Below are positions 25,426-39,098 of a stretch of DNA of 64,000 nucleotides, one piece after another. Source of the stretch: Phoronis australis (lineage: Eukaryota > Animalia > Phoronida); assembly GCA_002633005.1 (NCBI GenBank), contig NMRA01000412.1, positions 138,614 through 202,613 on the forward strand. The letters are read 5' to 3'. The notes under the pieces are model-generated. The model had not been told where the DNA came from. It ran no database searches and saw only the letters and a program-made list of their open reading frames with translations. Position 1 is the stretch's first letter; every line of letters begins with the position of its first letter. Position numbers and translations under genes: made by a program.

Positions 25426-28400
25426 ATTAGTGTGAACCCATGAGGTCTGTGATAACTACCCGCTTTCGTGTATGTTATACCTGGCCACATAAACTAATTG
25501 TGGTGGCGAAAAGGATGACGTCCTTACTTGCGAACGAATTCGATAGAATTGTTCACTGGGAGATAAATGTCTTAGTAAAATGAACGGTGTATATGCCGAA
25601 ACAAATCTGTTTCACCTTCATGGAAGTATAGAAAACAATCACATAGACTATGCCGTTGGAATTTTAGAATCATTTTACAAAACAGTAGGAGAGTCAATGG
25701 GAATCACCAAAGTTAGAAAAAGTGTTAACAAGAGGAAATTTTAAACGGGATCAAGCCCCGTGATGGAATGAGGAATGTCACGAGAAAAATGAACTTTTAA
25801 AAGTGTAAAGGATTAAATAAATTGCGAAAAAATAAATGTACTATAAATGAATATAGAAGATTAAGGAGTGATTTCAAAAATAATGTTAACAATAAACAAG
25901 AGTTATACAGAATATCGAGCCCCTGGAGCCCCCTCTGCGTGCGCCCACGTATTCATAAAAAGAGGCAATGTTATTTTTAACACGGTCAACATTCAAGAAC
26001 GAAAAAACGGAACAACTGGATTGAAATGCGGGACTTCAGCGAAAACGCAAGCCAGGGTGAAATCTTCGCTGCAATACACTAAGAGGTACCGACAGCGTTT
26101 CTTGTCGAACGGGACAATCACCCAAAAATGCTCGATTGTGTTTTTTGATGTTGTTTTTTATAGCTGAATGGAAAATTGCGCGTACCCCAAAAACACATGA
26201 AACGCCCCGTTTTTTTTCTTTTGAGTCGATCGGGAAAATATGCCTGTGTCGCGTGGGAAATTACATTAGTACGTACATAATAATATGTCAATTTGGCTAT
26301 ATGTCAAAAAGCAGGACAATTAGATGGTTTGGAGGGGTAGCGGAAAAATTAAAAAGTGGGACAGTCCGCCAAGAGCAAGGCAATTAGCAAACACACTGTA
26401 AGCTGTCAGCAACACGAAGTACTGGTTGGGGTTCTTTTAAAAGTTAAACTTTTCATTTTTTAAAATTTTATTTCAGTGAGTATATCAGAGCAAACTGCTA
26501 GGCAACAATCAGTAAATATTGCATTAATGAACCATGATACAAACATTTAAAACAGTAATAATGAACGCACGCACGCACGCACGCACATACTTAGCTAAGC
26601 AACTATGAGTAATTTTTTCGAAAGTCACATAGACACTAATTCTACCGTCGTCATCTGAAGTAATACTGGCATTGTGAGAAACAAAGACCTGAGAGTCACT
26701 GACTTGCCTGCAGGTGGCGCAACGAATAGTGGGAATAGGTGAATTACTTGAAATGCGTGTTTTGTGGTCATAATTGAGAACCTGTTGATGACGTCTTATT
26801 TGTTATCAGCCTGTTCGCAGGTGGCAAAGCGATTAGTAAAAATAGTTGAATAAGTTGAAATGTGTGTCCTGTGCCTCTTAAGTAAATTGTGAACAGGTGG
26901 CACTGAATAGTTAGGTTGTGGCCGCGATCAAATTGTTATAATTTAGGGCTAGGCCAGGCTTGGGGGCATTTTTTGGTTAGGTATTGTGTGCAGGCCAAGT
27001 GAATGTTTTTTTTTTTGTATTTGTGAACATGCTGGGAATGAAAAAAGGCCAGTTTCTTGGCTGTAGCTGCACTCTTCTTCAAGATGGTGGCCCCCTGTTG
27101 CAGTTGTGCATTGCTGTGTAGCAACTGAGAAACTGGCCGCGATTTCAGGTAGCCCTCAAACAAGCCAGATTTGCAAAAAAACTAGTTGGTTGACAGTACT
27201 TTTGGATCACATTTTTGGAATCGGTAGGAAATTTGCTTTCGGAATCTAATGTTGGCTTTAGTCGAGCATCGGCAGGAAAGTGGTGATTTTGGGGTGAAAA
27301 TTGCCGATTTTGCATTTTTTTGCCCTCATTTTTCTTAGTTCAGCTTGGTTTCCACTGGGAGTTAATGGGTCAAAAATACAAGAGAGAATAAAGTTTCTGT
27401 GCTCATCTGTAGGGCTTGTGATGTGAAATGACTCAAAACATTTCCTTATTTGCATGTAGTTTTTGACAAAGTGAAGAAAGGGTGAAGAGTGCATTGACGC
27501 GTGTTCTGACAGGCAAACCCCTGTGAGAACTGTTCTGGAGTGTGCCTCCACATGTTGCTAACGCCATGTACCTTATCTGCCAGCCCCAAAGGTGGCGTAT
27601 CGATTAGTGGGAATAGTTGAAATGCGTGTTCTGTGTCTCTCAAGCTGTTAGCCTGTTGCTGACTTCATGTTTGTTTCTCGGGGTCGCAAGATAGGTCACG
27701 TGCGGGATCTCGAAATCCTGAGATCCCGAGATAATAAAGTCGAGATCAGGACTTAATTATCTCGGGATCTTGAAGTAGTTTGGATAAAAATACGATGCAA
27801 ATTAAATCATGAATGCGTGGTCAGGGTCGTCGAGAGAGAGTGGACAGGAGAGTCCGCCAATGGCAGTTAAGGGGGCACGCCGGTGAAGGAAAAAAACGGC
27901 GCAACAGCAAAAAAAGTTCTTGAGGTTTGGGCCGGTCAGCCTCATTTTGACAAGGATAATATCTCGGAAACCCAGGAGGGGCCCTCAAAATTTGACGGGA
28001 ACACTTTAAAAATTGCTACGTACATGTATGTGACTGCTGACAGCTGGTAAAGGACGGCTGGAGGCGTTGTAGATTACGTAACTCTGTACATTGTACAACT
28101 GCATGCAATGTGGGCTGCAGGCATGTTATACAAGAAAATAAATGTTCTAAGGAAAGTAAAACTGTAGTATTAACACTGGCGTTTTCTACTTATCCTGTAC
28201 TCCAAGAATAAGTTTATGCAAGTGCACCTTTTCAATCGTACTCTTTAAAACCTCATATTTCTGTGCCATGACATTTTGATGGGCATATCACCTTATTAAA
28301 TAATTCAAATGGCAGTTGCACTGGAAAATTTTCAACATTTTACGTAATAAAATATTAAAAGAATCAACTTTAAACGTTTGTAAAAACACTTGCGATCCCA

Positions 28401-28729
28401 TGTGGCGTGAAACTGGGTATGGTCTCAGCGAAGAAATGTAAGTGACAATTTTAATAGAAAACAACGAGATTTTTCAATTTCAACTTGTTTCGATGTCTAA
28501 TACATCATCATCAGCACAAATAAGCTATCTTCAATCTCGACAAACACAGTCATTACTGAGAGCTCTCAGGACGACATCGCAGCAATAAAACATTAATGGC
28601 AACGCTTACACGTAAACAACTTCCATCTGTAAACATAACAGTCTAGCTTAGTTAACATGATCTGAGGAAAGGACAGAACTCAGATTTATCACGCCACAAC
28701 AGATTTACGTGATTTTAAAGATACTCTTA

Positions 28730-29290
28730 AGACTACAGTATTACCAGTTTTGCTGGCTGAAAAACAAGAATGTCTCTTACTGTTATACAACCGGTCTCAC
28801 ATGATAGGCCTTGATTTATGTTACCAAGCATATTCCACTTTGGATAGAGATGAAACTGTTAGAGATCTTTTCAATTAAGGTTGTCGCAAAAAGATACTGT
28901 AGGCATGCTGAGGTACGTGTATCACGTTGGTATCATTATTAGCGTTAGGCACTTTCAGTGTTTGTTGCCAAGACTAGGGCTCGCGCGTCGTTACAATTAT
29001 TAAGACATTCACGGTGAGACTATAGTACTACTAGTTTTACTGGCTGAAAAACAAAAATAAAATTAGGCCTCTATACAACCGGTGTAAAATGATAGGCCTT
29101 GTTTTCTGTTACCAAGAATATTCCACTTTGGATAGACATGAAACTGATACAGATCTTTTCAATTAAGGCTCTCGCTAAAAGAAACTGTAGACATGCTCAG
29201 GTACATGTATCACTGTATCATTCTTCGCGTTTGGCACCTTCGGTGTTTGTTGTTAATACTAGGGCTTGCACGTTGTAATAACTATTCAGA
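28730..29290. repeat. Diverged tandem duplication of about 290 bp
   Basis: 28730-29008 aligns with 29018-29290 (shared TGGCTGAAAAACAA, ATACAACCGGT, ATATTCCACTTTGGATAGA, AGATCTTTTCAATTAAGG). Confidence 0.85.
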
Positions 29291-30099
29291 CGATGATGTG
29301 GTTGGTTTCGTAGACCGACAAATATCGATGCCAGAGCAACAATATTTATAGATCAATGCACCACAAATGTGTCACTTATGGCTAAGAGGTGAAACGAAAA
29401 ACTGTGCGAATCCTGATACTTTCTGCTGTCGATCCAGTGTGGCAATGCGACGCACCAGAAAACTGCTAACATACAGCGACACGCTGAGGAAAATTATCTC
29501 GGGATCTCAAGATTCTGAGATAATTAAATTGGGATCTCAAGTCGGGATCAGGCAATCTGGCCACAGCTTTATCAGAAAAAAAACAGCAAACCTGTTGCTT
29601 TCAGGTGAAAGCAACAGGTTGACATTTTTGTTTCTGAACTTTTGAACTCATTGTCATAAAAGCTTTGTTGCATCCCTTTTGAGGTGAACAACAAGTTTTA
29701 TATTGGTTTGACTACATGAAGCTTCAAACACATGTCAAAATGGTTTCTTTACCCACGCCAAGGTTAGTGGCCATATGCTCTCCACGATATTGTGTCGTTT
29801 TATAGCAACGAAGAAACACAAAAACAAAATGACTATAAGATTAGTAGTATATGTTTGCATAGTGGACACCACTGCGAAGATTTATTAGTATAACCAGGTC
29901 ATTGGGGATATGGCAGGAAGCCTGGTGTGTCCTCAGAATGCCTCAGAATGGAACACCCCACAATCCTATTGGGAAGACGGATATAACTGAGAGATGAGAC
30001 AGATGTTATGCTGTCTGGCTTATGAGTGGTGTGACCAATGATCGAGCTATACATATATATCGTTCTATATTTATCTCATTAGGCGTGACACCTGGGCCC

Positions 30100-30455
30100 G
30101 GAGTCTATCTTCGAACTTTTGGCGAAATGGAACTCGAAATTGTTTTTCACATTTCCCTTCTACTTGTGTGCCTTCTGTTCTCAGTGTACTCTGTGTTGCA
30201 GGGCCTATCGGTTCCCCAGTCGGGCCGCAAAGATGCGTGTCTTAACACAGTGTAACTGAGGACCTCAAGATCCGAGATACAAACTCGACCAAAACTCAAA
30301 AGCACAGTTTATGAGTTCAAACTCGAAACTAAAACTGTACACGAGCACCTCCCGTAGGCAGGCGTTGAGTTCGCGGCACAAAAGTAGAACGTACTGGTAT
30401 ACCCGAGTCAAAAATATTTTCGAGTTCCATTTCCATTAGAATTGTTAGATCCCGG
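30100..30455. mobile_element. MITE-like inverted-repeat element, ends imprecise
   Basis: AAATGGAACTCGAAA at about 30125 versus TTTCGAGTTCCATTT at about 30418. Confidence 0.45.
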
Positions 30456-32357
30456 TTATCCCGTATGTTCAGATCCTGCCTCGTGTTTAGGTACGTGCGC
30501 TTTAGGTAAATTCAGTAAAACTTTTCCATAATTCCCATTAATTTTGCCTAACAAAATTAATTATTTGACAAAAGCCCCACGGATTAAGTAATCTCTAAAG
30601 AACCGTTAACATAGCAAATGTCAAAACAGAAACATCAATACGTGAGATTGTAACTCCATGTCGTCAATTATAAAAATCATAAAAAGACACAAAACCAAGT
30701 AATGACTGCAGCGAAGTGCAATGCGATCATTTTAGACAAAAGGTCGTTGTGGCCCATTGCGGCCGGCGGAAGTGTTGCTGTTGAGGGGGACTGGCTCAGA
30801 AAGTGACTCGTGGTCAACCTCATTGACCTAAAGGCTCACGTCCATCAGCTTAAAGAGCTACAACGAACAGTTTGTAATGGAGTCAGTTTTCCGTTAGAAA
30901 TGTTCGTTCACCATCAATTGTCACAAAAGCGTGTTATTCAATATCCTTCAGGTTCAACTGTCAACTAATCTCTTGAAGTACATGCTGTGTCGCTTTCCTA
31001 CGGTTTTTCAATGGACTGTAGCTGTTCTGCACACTGAGTCATACATGTACAGCCGATAGTCGTTATTCGATACACTAACACCAGTGACTTAATCAACCCC
31101 GGGTCGGCAAATTACACCCATCAAACATGGTAAACATTGTGTAGTTTCTCGGACCTCAGATATTTTATCACTGTACAATTCTAACCGAATGAGTCAAACA
31201 ATTTACTGAAGCAAACGGTAAGATTACCAGAATGAAGCTAAATTCAACGTTTCCAAACGGTTATTGGTGGCAAGCTCGTTCAAAAGGTACATGTAAGGTG
31301 AACAGTTTACAAGGAATTTCAACACATGACATAGTCCACCTTTGTGTCAGGTTATGTACTGTACATTGTAGGGCCATACTGACTATGTCTGAGCATAGAC
31401 AAATAAGCACAAAACTACAGATTTTAACATTGTCAGTAAAAGAATATATTTTCTGAAAGTAGAAAGCCTGAAAATTTTGATTTTGGAATTAGTTTACCAA
31501 TATGCCCTCAATTGGTAACGGGATCATGTATAATTTAGTAAAGTTTAGCAAAAAAAGGTACATTGATAGCAAAACAATAGTGTCAATAACAATAATTTTA
31601 TTTGGTTAATAAATGCTCAAAATGAGATTTCAAAATCGCTGTTACAGGTTTCTAAAATACCATTTCGTTTTCGTTCCATACATTTTCATGAATATCATAA
31701 AAGTCCTATTTTGATAGCCTCTTTGTACAAAAGTACATGTGCCAGTGGGGCATTTTAAAAACATTTCCTGACAGCGTTTTGGAGAATGATGCATAAAGCA
31801 TAATTTAGTAAACGCTTCATATGGAAACGAGCAGCTATTGTTGAGATCTGACGTCAGCTCAAGGTAGTCGAATTTGGACATCCTTCTTCTAGGGGCCTAC
31901 AGCACGAAATCGGGCTAAGGCTAAACGTCAGAAAATCTGTCTGGGCATCGCGAAACCCAAAAACAGTAATCCGTAGCCTGCTCGGCAGCAGATTAAAAGA
32001 CAAAGACCAAAGGCGAAAAAACTCTTTTTTGGCTACAGAATCTTCGAGAAACAGAATCCATAAGTCTCCCTTTTGCAAATTTATGATGACTTGCATATAC
32101 ATGTGCATGAATTATTGTTAGTTCAACGGATGCGGAAAAATGAGAAAGGCTTTTGTATAAAGGAGGAGTCAACGCAGCGTAAGTCGTCAGCATCTTAACG
32201 ATTTTTTACTCGTCTCTCCTTTTCGTAAAATACTGGGATTTTTTATGCTTCACTCAAACCAGTTTCGATTTCCAGTTTTAAACGCCTGAGCGATAAAGAA
32301 CAGGTCAGGACAAAAGTGTTCGCGGTATTCAGATGACAAGATTTATATGTAATTTAT

Positions 32358-32543
32358 GGCGCTCATCGGTAGTTAAGGCACTCATCGGTAATTAAGGCAC
32401 TCATCGGTAGTTAAGGCACTCATCGGTAGTTGAGGCTATCATCGGTAGTTAAGGCACTCATCGGTAGTTAAGGCACACATAGGTAGTTAAGGTACTCATC
32501 GGTAGTTAAGGCACTCATCGGTAGTTGAGGCACTCATCGGTAG
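32358..32543. repeat. 19-bp minisatellite, about 10 copies
   Basis: Unit GGCACTCATCGGTAGTTAA. Confidence 0.97.
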
Positions 32544-35500
32544 CCTCTTCCTGGTGCACAGCTTTGACGCATATGGGTCTAGAAAGAACGTTCGGAATGC
32601 CGTGGTCAAAATCGCCACCGGGGATACTTCACCGTGTTCATGACAAGAGTGCACCTTTTGACTGCCTTCATAAATGTTTCGTATCAGAGCATGTACGAAC
32701 TTCCATCACACAGCAAAGTCAGGTCGGTTAAAGTGGTTATAATTTAACCAGCATACCATCCAAGAAAAGCGAGTTTCTACAGTTATAAAACTGGTCTCAA
32801 CTTTTTCCTTGCTCAATCCGTGAGAAATGCTAGGTGGCGACATCGGCTTTACTAGAGTTAAATTGTTACCATAAGTGGACCCAGGGGGTCAAGGGGTCCA
32901 GACTCCCCCTTTTTCCCTTGATTTTAGTGATACCAAAATCTAGAATTTTCAAACTGTTGACTTGGACCCCTTTTTAAAATCCTTGATCCGACCCTCTTTT
33001 AAAAAATCTGGATGCGCCCCTACTTACGAAATAAATGGGCAGGATTCCGACGCTAGATCAGGCTGATCTAATTAGTTGCTGTCAAGACTTCTTATCAAAC
33101 GCTGACCGCCACTCGGTCAATTCATGTCAATTTGTCATCAACTTGTCCTCTGGTGAATTGTCCAGCTTAGCGTAACAACTAGCCAAGGGGAATTAACGGT
33201 TTCTCATTTTTCATAGTGTTTATTTGCGTTGTATGTGGCGTATCACGGTTTTTATAAGTGGAAAAGTTTGTACATCTGTATGTTTCCACCGCTATTGGTA
33301 CCTCTGCCAGTGTAAATGTACTAGGCTCAAAAGGTGCAGAAATGTTCCCGTCGCCGGAAATACTTCAAGGGCCAATAATGCAGAAAATCTGCTTCATTGA
33401 ATTTTAAAGCTTGTCCTGGTTCCACTAAGGACATGGATCCCAAACCCTAGACCTTTTCAATCGCAAACCTTTTCAAAAACGACCGAGCGTATTATTTGAA
33501 TTTTGCTCCTGACACCGAAAATCATACAGTCATTCTCTAGAATATCAGTCCCGACTTAACGCACATAAATATCCGGGAGTAAATTCCTCGAATCAGTAAA
33601 GGGTAAGACGTATCACTGACGAATCGAGGATGTCAATGGAGGCGGTCTATGTTTGTTCCAACACTTGACACTTGCTTATCCGATAGTACATGTCAAGCTG
33701 TTCCAAAACCACTACATTTTTTACTTTTTCATTTGACGAATCACTTGTTTGTTTAGCAAACTTCTTGTCTATTTGTCAAATCACTTGCCTTATTGGCAGT
33801 GTTTACGATTCAGGTGTACCGGTAACTTGAGCCCTCTGCTTTAGCCTGTCTGAGGGGCCCCGGAGTTTGTAACTGAGCTACTTCCGGTAGTCACAATTTT
33901 TACCCCACAATTTCCGATAACTTTTGAGCTGACCAACCCTGGTTCATTCAGTCCCACTAACCCTAACCCTCTCCCCCCGTCGACACAATGTCCTCTCCCG
34001 TCGTGGTCGGCCATAGTTTCTGATAAACACCCATCTAATCCTCTCCCCGACCTCGGTTGCCATTTTCACGAAAATTTGAAAAAGGAGGTCCCCCGTAACT
34101 GCAACGCATGTCCTTTGTTTTTAAGGCTCTTAAGTTACATGCCTACAGCTAATTAACTAAAAAAATATCTGGTGTAAAAGGACTCAGAGTTTCCTGGAAT
34201 CAGTATCCAGCATACTTATATTTGATTGAAGCATCTGAGTAATTCACCGAATAGCCGGTCCCCTATGGCCGGTCGATACAAGCAGGTGGAACACTAAACC
34301 CGGAGGGGCCGTGGTTTATAGGCCTCTGCGTGTTACACTTGCACTGAGTCGAATCCCTTCAAATTGACCGGGAATGATAGATTTTGATGATGATGGCGTC
34401 TATAATGGTGACTATACTGTGTGTATCAGATTAATGGCTGCGTTGAAGCCGCTCCAAGGTGGTGATGATGACATGGTGATCAAGCAGAGCCGTTATGAGC
34501 ACTGATGACGACGACGATTGTGACGGGGGGGGGGGGTAGGGGGGGTAGGCTTGNGTGAACGGGCCGTGCAACATGGACGCTTTTTGGAATCATCAGGAGG
34601 CGGTATTTTGCCGTTGACGGTGACTATCCAATGAAGGTAGCAGTGGTATGGTGGATGATGATGGCAAGGATTATGAGGGAGATGACACTGGTGGTGATGA
34701 TGATGGTCTGGCGACTGTTGACCACGAGTAGTACTGACTGATGAACGCAAGCCGGATGATAATGATCGCCGAACATAGATTCACATTTCACACACAAGCT
34801 CTATCTTGATTTGTCGCACGTATAATTATTAAGTCAGTTCACTTTCTATGAGCACTGTCAATTTTCTCCGTCATCAGCAATGATTAGCTACCGGCATAGA
34901 TTGAGTGACGCTAATACAAATCAACACAGCCGTGCAAAGGATCTCATCGCCACAGAAATAGCATAACACTTACACTGCCCAACGTCGCCGCATGGAAGCC
35001 GCGTTGAACTTGGTGTCACTAGAAATAAGGTATGTAGTTTTAATAACTAATCCACCAGCATTATCACGCGCTCAAGTGTTTTACTGCATTTAAGGATTTC
35101 TCCACAGAATGGGTCTAATTTCATAGCAACGCAATCGAATAATTAAGCTCAATCAATTGGTTAACATACTACTAAGGCTACATGTAAGGAATAGCGAGTG
35201 TAACCGTGCTTTCCCTTCAGCTCTAATCATGATCCAGTTATGTTGTATTTATTTAATTGATTTTCTGAGACATATCGTCTCAAAACAAGTGTTTAGTAAA
35301 TCGAACCAGGGACTTTAAAGAAAGTGATAGCGTGTCAGCAGACAGTTTTGAAGAATCATTGGCTTATTGTCCGGCTACAACAATTCCAGAAAGAAACGAT
35401 GGTTCTTTCTTACAGCTAAGACCAGACCTTGCACGTACAATATTCGTCTCACTTAGTTACGATGCTTGTCTCTCTGATCTTTCAAGACACTTTTCCCTTG

Positions 35501-36911
35501 TTTTCACTAAAGAGACTCGCCAATCGGAAGATTAAACTATACAATGTAGTGTCTATTTGAGTGTTCTAATATCAAGGGTTGGTTTAACGTTCAGCAGTGC
35601 CATTCAGTTGCAGGTGCCATTTCGTTGCGCCTTAGTGACCGAATTTCGATTCACGATGGAATACATTTTATTGCGTCTTTTATTGCGGAGATATTGATAT
35701 GAAGCTACATGTAGAATGACGGCACTGGATTCGTAAGGCGTTTTATAAACTTTATCGATAAATCTGCATTTGAGGGGCGTTGCTCTTCACCTGCGCTGGT
35801 CTGGCTGCCGCTAGTATGCTGGTACCAGTACATGTATTTTCATTGGAGTAGTCAATTATTTCTCGGACTTATTTTTCTGGCAGCATATGCATCTGTGACT
35901 AAATCCCATGGGCGGTTGTGCTCCGAAACAATGCTGAAGAGATGCGGAACATGCCGTTTACAAGGGTGGCTGTCATGACTATTCACGGAGGGGTGCACGT
36001 TGGGAGTCAATAATTTGACAAAAATTTCCCTTTTCTGAGTACACAAATCTACATTTTGTACTGAAGGGTTTTTAACATGGTCTCCAGCTTTGGTTATAAA
36101 AGATGCACTGATCATGTTTGACACATGTCCGGCATCTCTTTTCGTAGCCTACTCTCAAAGTTCTTCTGTTCAACTGAATGATTAAGTTTGTGGAATTAAC
36201 CCCTATACTAAAGAAAAGTGTCTCAGGCACAAACTGAACACTGAACTGAAAGGGTCATTTTTTCACGGACGCTGTCAATAAATGGGTTCCCTTTTCAAGT
36301 GGCCTCTCTAAATGGGCGGGAATCCTAGTTTTCCAGCAGAGCTGCACCTCGTCCTTATAGTCAAGTATGGAATTGAAAGACTCCAAGTTTAAATCAGCAC
36401 CATATTGGTAAGCGGATGTTGCCACACATGTTAAATCCAAACCAAGACAATATCCGGGTTCTTTTCATATTGGCTGTCGCTCGAGCAGGGAGAGCACGAA
36501 AGTAACTCCTGACTTATTATGACTCAGATTTGGTGGCCACTTTCAATTTCTACATAGTGGTTCATTAATTTAAAAGCAGAGGAAAACATTCCATGCGCGC
36601 ACCAAGAGCCCCCCCATTTGGCGAAGTGGACAAAAAGGTCCGCCTCACAGAAACAAAAAGTCCGACAAAACGAGACAAAAAATCCACTAATCAGACGCAA
36701 ATGCACAATTCGCAGCTGTGGACGTGGTACCCCGTTTTTTTGCGTAAACGCACAATTCGCAGCTGTGGAGGTGGTACCCCGTTTTTTTTGGTTGTTCGGC
36801 TGCTTTTGTCGGTAAAAGGTCCACATCGTCGGAAATTCGAGCCCCCATATTAAAGGCTGGGTGCGCGCATGCATTCCACTGTCAGGCCCTCCCATTGTTT
36901 GATTAGTTTAA

Positions 36912-38217
36912 AGGCGAAGGCAACCCTTTTTCGTGTGATTTTTAGCAAAAATAAGGTTTGTTGATTATCCCAATATATTTTTCACTAATTTACTGCTTTT
37001 CGTAATTTAATTAGTTACTCGTCGTCTACTCCGGAAGTGACGTTTTAGGAGGCAAGAATTTCGCGCCAATTTCTTTCCATATAGTCTGACTGTGAGACCA
37101 GTCGAGTCAGTCATTGTTCTACCTCGGATGTGATAAGTTCGGTCGTCGTTTGCTTTTGCTTACGAGTCAGTCAACATGCCACGCTGTTGCTGCGTACTGG
37201 GGTGTACTCATTATCGTCTCACGTACAGAGGAAGAACTGTTCCACTTGCCCGAGTGTCCCGCGACACACTCCCACTGGAGGGTGATCTGAGCACCCAAAC
37301 TGCTTACATCCCGCCGTATGACTCCCTCGCCACAAACCTGGCACCTTCCAAAGAGCTCCAACACAAGTCCACAATAAACTTATCAAAATTAGGCTCACCG
37401 ATCTATTCATTGGATGACGAACTGTCCTCTTCACTGGGTGTCGAACAGGGCCTGTATTCACTCCCACTACTCAACATCGCTGCAGGGCTGCTTACAGGCT
37501 CTGGGCTAGAGACAACAGCACAGGGCGAATCACTGCTAGTTCCCGGAATTGCACGCAATGTGAGGTACGTTCGGAGGCACGGGTGACAGTAGATGAAATG
37601 CCTCCAGTCACTGTATATAGTGGCCACAGCTCGCGAGGCCTCTCGCTTCAAAAACGCACTTCTCAGGTTGGCGACGGGGCACTGTCGGGAATCAACAGCG
37701 TTGTTTCGCAGGAACCTTCATTAATTCAGCGTACATTTCTGTCATAATCTGACGGCAGAAAATGCTTGCCACACACTCGGTAACCCTCCATTGCTTTGTA
37801 CAATACGTGGACGGGTAGCGTTGCGTTCTTCACATGAACAAGCTAGCCAAGTACGGCGAAGTGTGTCATCCTTCGGAAAGCGACGCAAGGTACCCAAAGC
37901 ACGTGTGAGACGATAATGAGTACATCCCGGCACCCAACAACAACGTGGCATGTTGACTGACTTGTAAACAAAAGCAAACGACGACCGAGCTTATCACAAA
38001 CGTGGTAGAACAATGACTGACTCGACAGCTCTCACAGCCAGACTATAATGAAAAGAAATAGGCGCGAAATCCTTGCCTTCCAATACGTCAATTCCGGAGT
38101 AGAAGACGAGAAATTAATCAAATTATGAAAAGCTGAAATTAAGTGAAAAATGTGTCTGGGATAATCAACAAACCTTATTTTTGCTAAAAGTGACATGAAA
38201 AAAGGTTGCCTTCGCCT
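36912..38217 (-). mobile_element. Kolobok-type non-autonomous DNA transposon, family A, fold-back form with about 310-bp inverted arms
   Basis: TTAA flanks at 36908-36911 and 38218-38221; AGGCGAAGGCAACC termini; THAP remnant MPRCCWVPGC..RRFPKDD..RTW (37951-37742); transposase remnant LELFGRCQVCG..LGAQITLQWECVAGHSGKWNSS. Confidence 0.88.
37225..37951 (-). pseudogene. Frameshifted, truncated THAP-domain transposase N-terminus
   Basis: THAP C2CH motifs followed by a CxxC...WxC..GH..W.S segment; no catalytic region. Confidence 0.8.
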
Positions 38218-38522
38218 TTAAGTTCGCTAATTTATTTTAACTTTTTGACACCGACTGGGCTCCAAATTTCCCCGCTTTATCAGCCGCAGCTACATGTACT
38301 GGCATTGTCACGGATATTTCTTCGGAGTGGGAAATGTATTGAACATACTGGTCTTGTTCATCCCGCCAATTGATATTTCAAAAGGTTTGCACTTTTTCGT
38401 AAGGCATTGGTACACCCCACCGCACAGCAGTGGAAATTTTCCGGCATTATAATGTCATGAAATGTGTCAAATGGCTTTTTTACATGGGATCTGTAGGTGG
38501 CGCTGAACGCTTGTCCACCAAA

Positions 38523-39098
38523 CTCGCTGGTTCTCTACGTGCCTAGCCAGCACGCAAGTATCACACGGTGGCACGCGCTTTAACATTGGTTGATGAAACA
38601 ACGGCAGTCATTGGTTAGCTTTACGACGCCGTGAAAAAATGGCGGACTGTGAACGATTTTTAGCCTTGCCATGCAAGCGGCGTCGCAGCAACTGTTTCGT
38701 TTCTGCAGTGATGTTTAATAGCCGCGTGCTTAAAGCACATACATGTAAAATCTGGACCGATTTAACCGGTGTGTTATTCATATTGTATGAATACAGGACA
38801 GTATCGTAAACAAAAGTCATCGACAGTAGACAGATGCACTCCGAAAAAGCGCAACCACAATTTCTAGGATTCACATTTCCTGAACATAGATTTTAGCACC
38901 GGTTTGTCTCTACAGCAGACCACATTTACATGTGTACACGAGTCCATCAGTCATGCCAGTTTGTTTGCGTAAAGCGATGCCTGTCGAGAATTCGACTAGC
39001 CAATCAGAAACGCCGGTGTAAACAATTTCCCGAGGAAAATTAAGTTATACCTGCGTGGTGGCTACTGACCAACTAGCGGCACGCAGGGAACCAGCCAG
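38523..39098. mobile_element. Non-autonomous TIR element with 10-bp TSD (Mutator-like by TSD length)
   Basis: TIRs CTCGCTGGTTCTCTACGTGCC / GGCACGCAGGGAACCAGCCAG; TSD GTCCACCAAA at 38513-38522 and 39099-39108. Confidence 0.8.

Noticed and set aside
32358-32543. CRISPR-like appearance of short repeats (also 3843-4184 and 16187-16630)
   Set aside because: Units are contiguous with no unique spacers, there are no cas genes, and the context is eukaryotic.
33955-33970. CTAACCCTAACCCT telomere-like motif
   Set aside because: Only about two units; not an interstitial telomere array.
34493-34750. His/Pro-rich ORF
   Set aside because: Produced by degenerate (GAT/GGT)n simple repeats and a G-run next to an N; no splice or homology support.
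37176-37586. 136-aa ORF beginning with a THAP-like MPRCCCVLGC
   Set aside because: Only the first 16 codons are THAP; the rest is the antisense of the transposase remnant, so it is not a credible gene.
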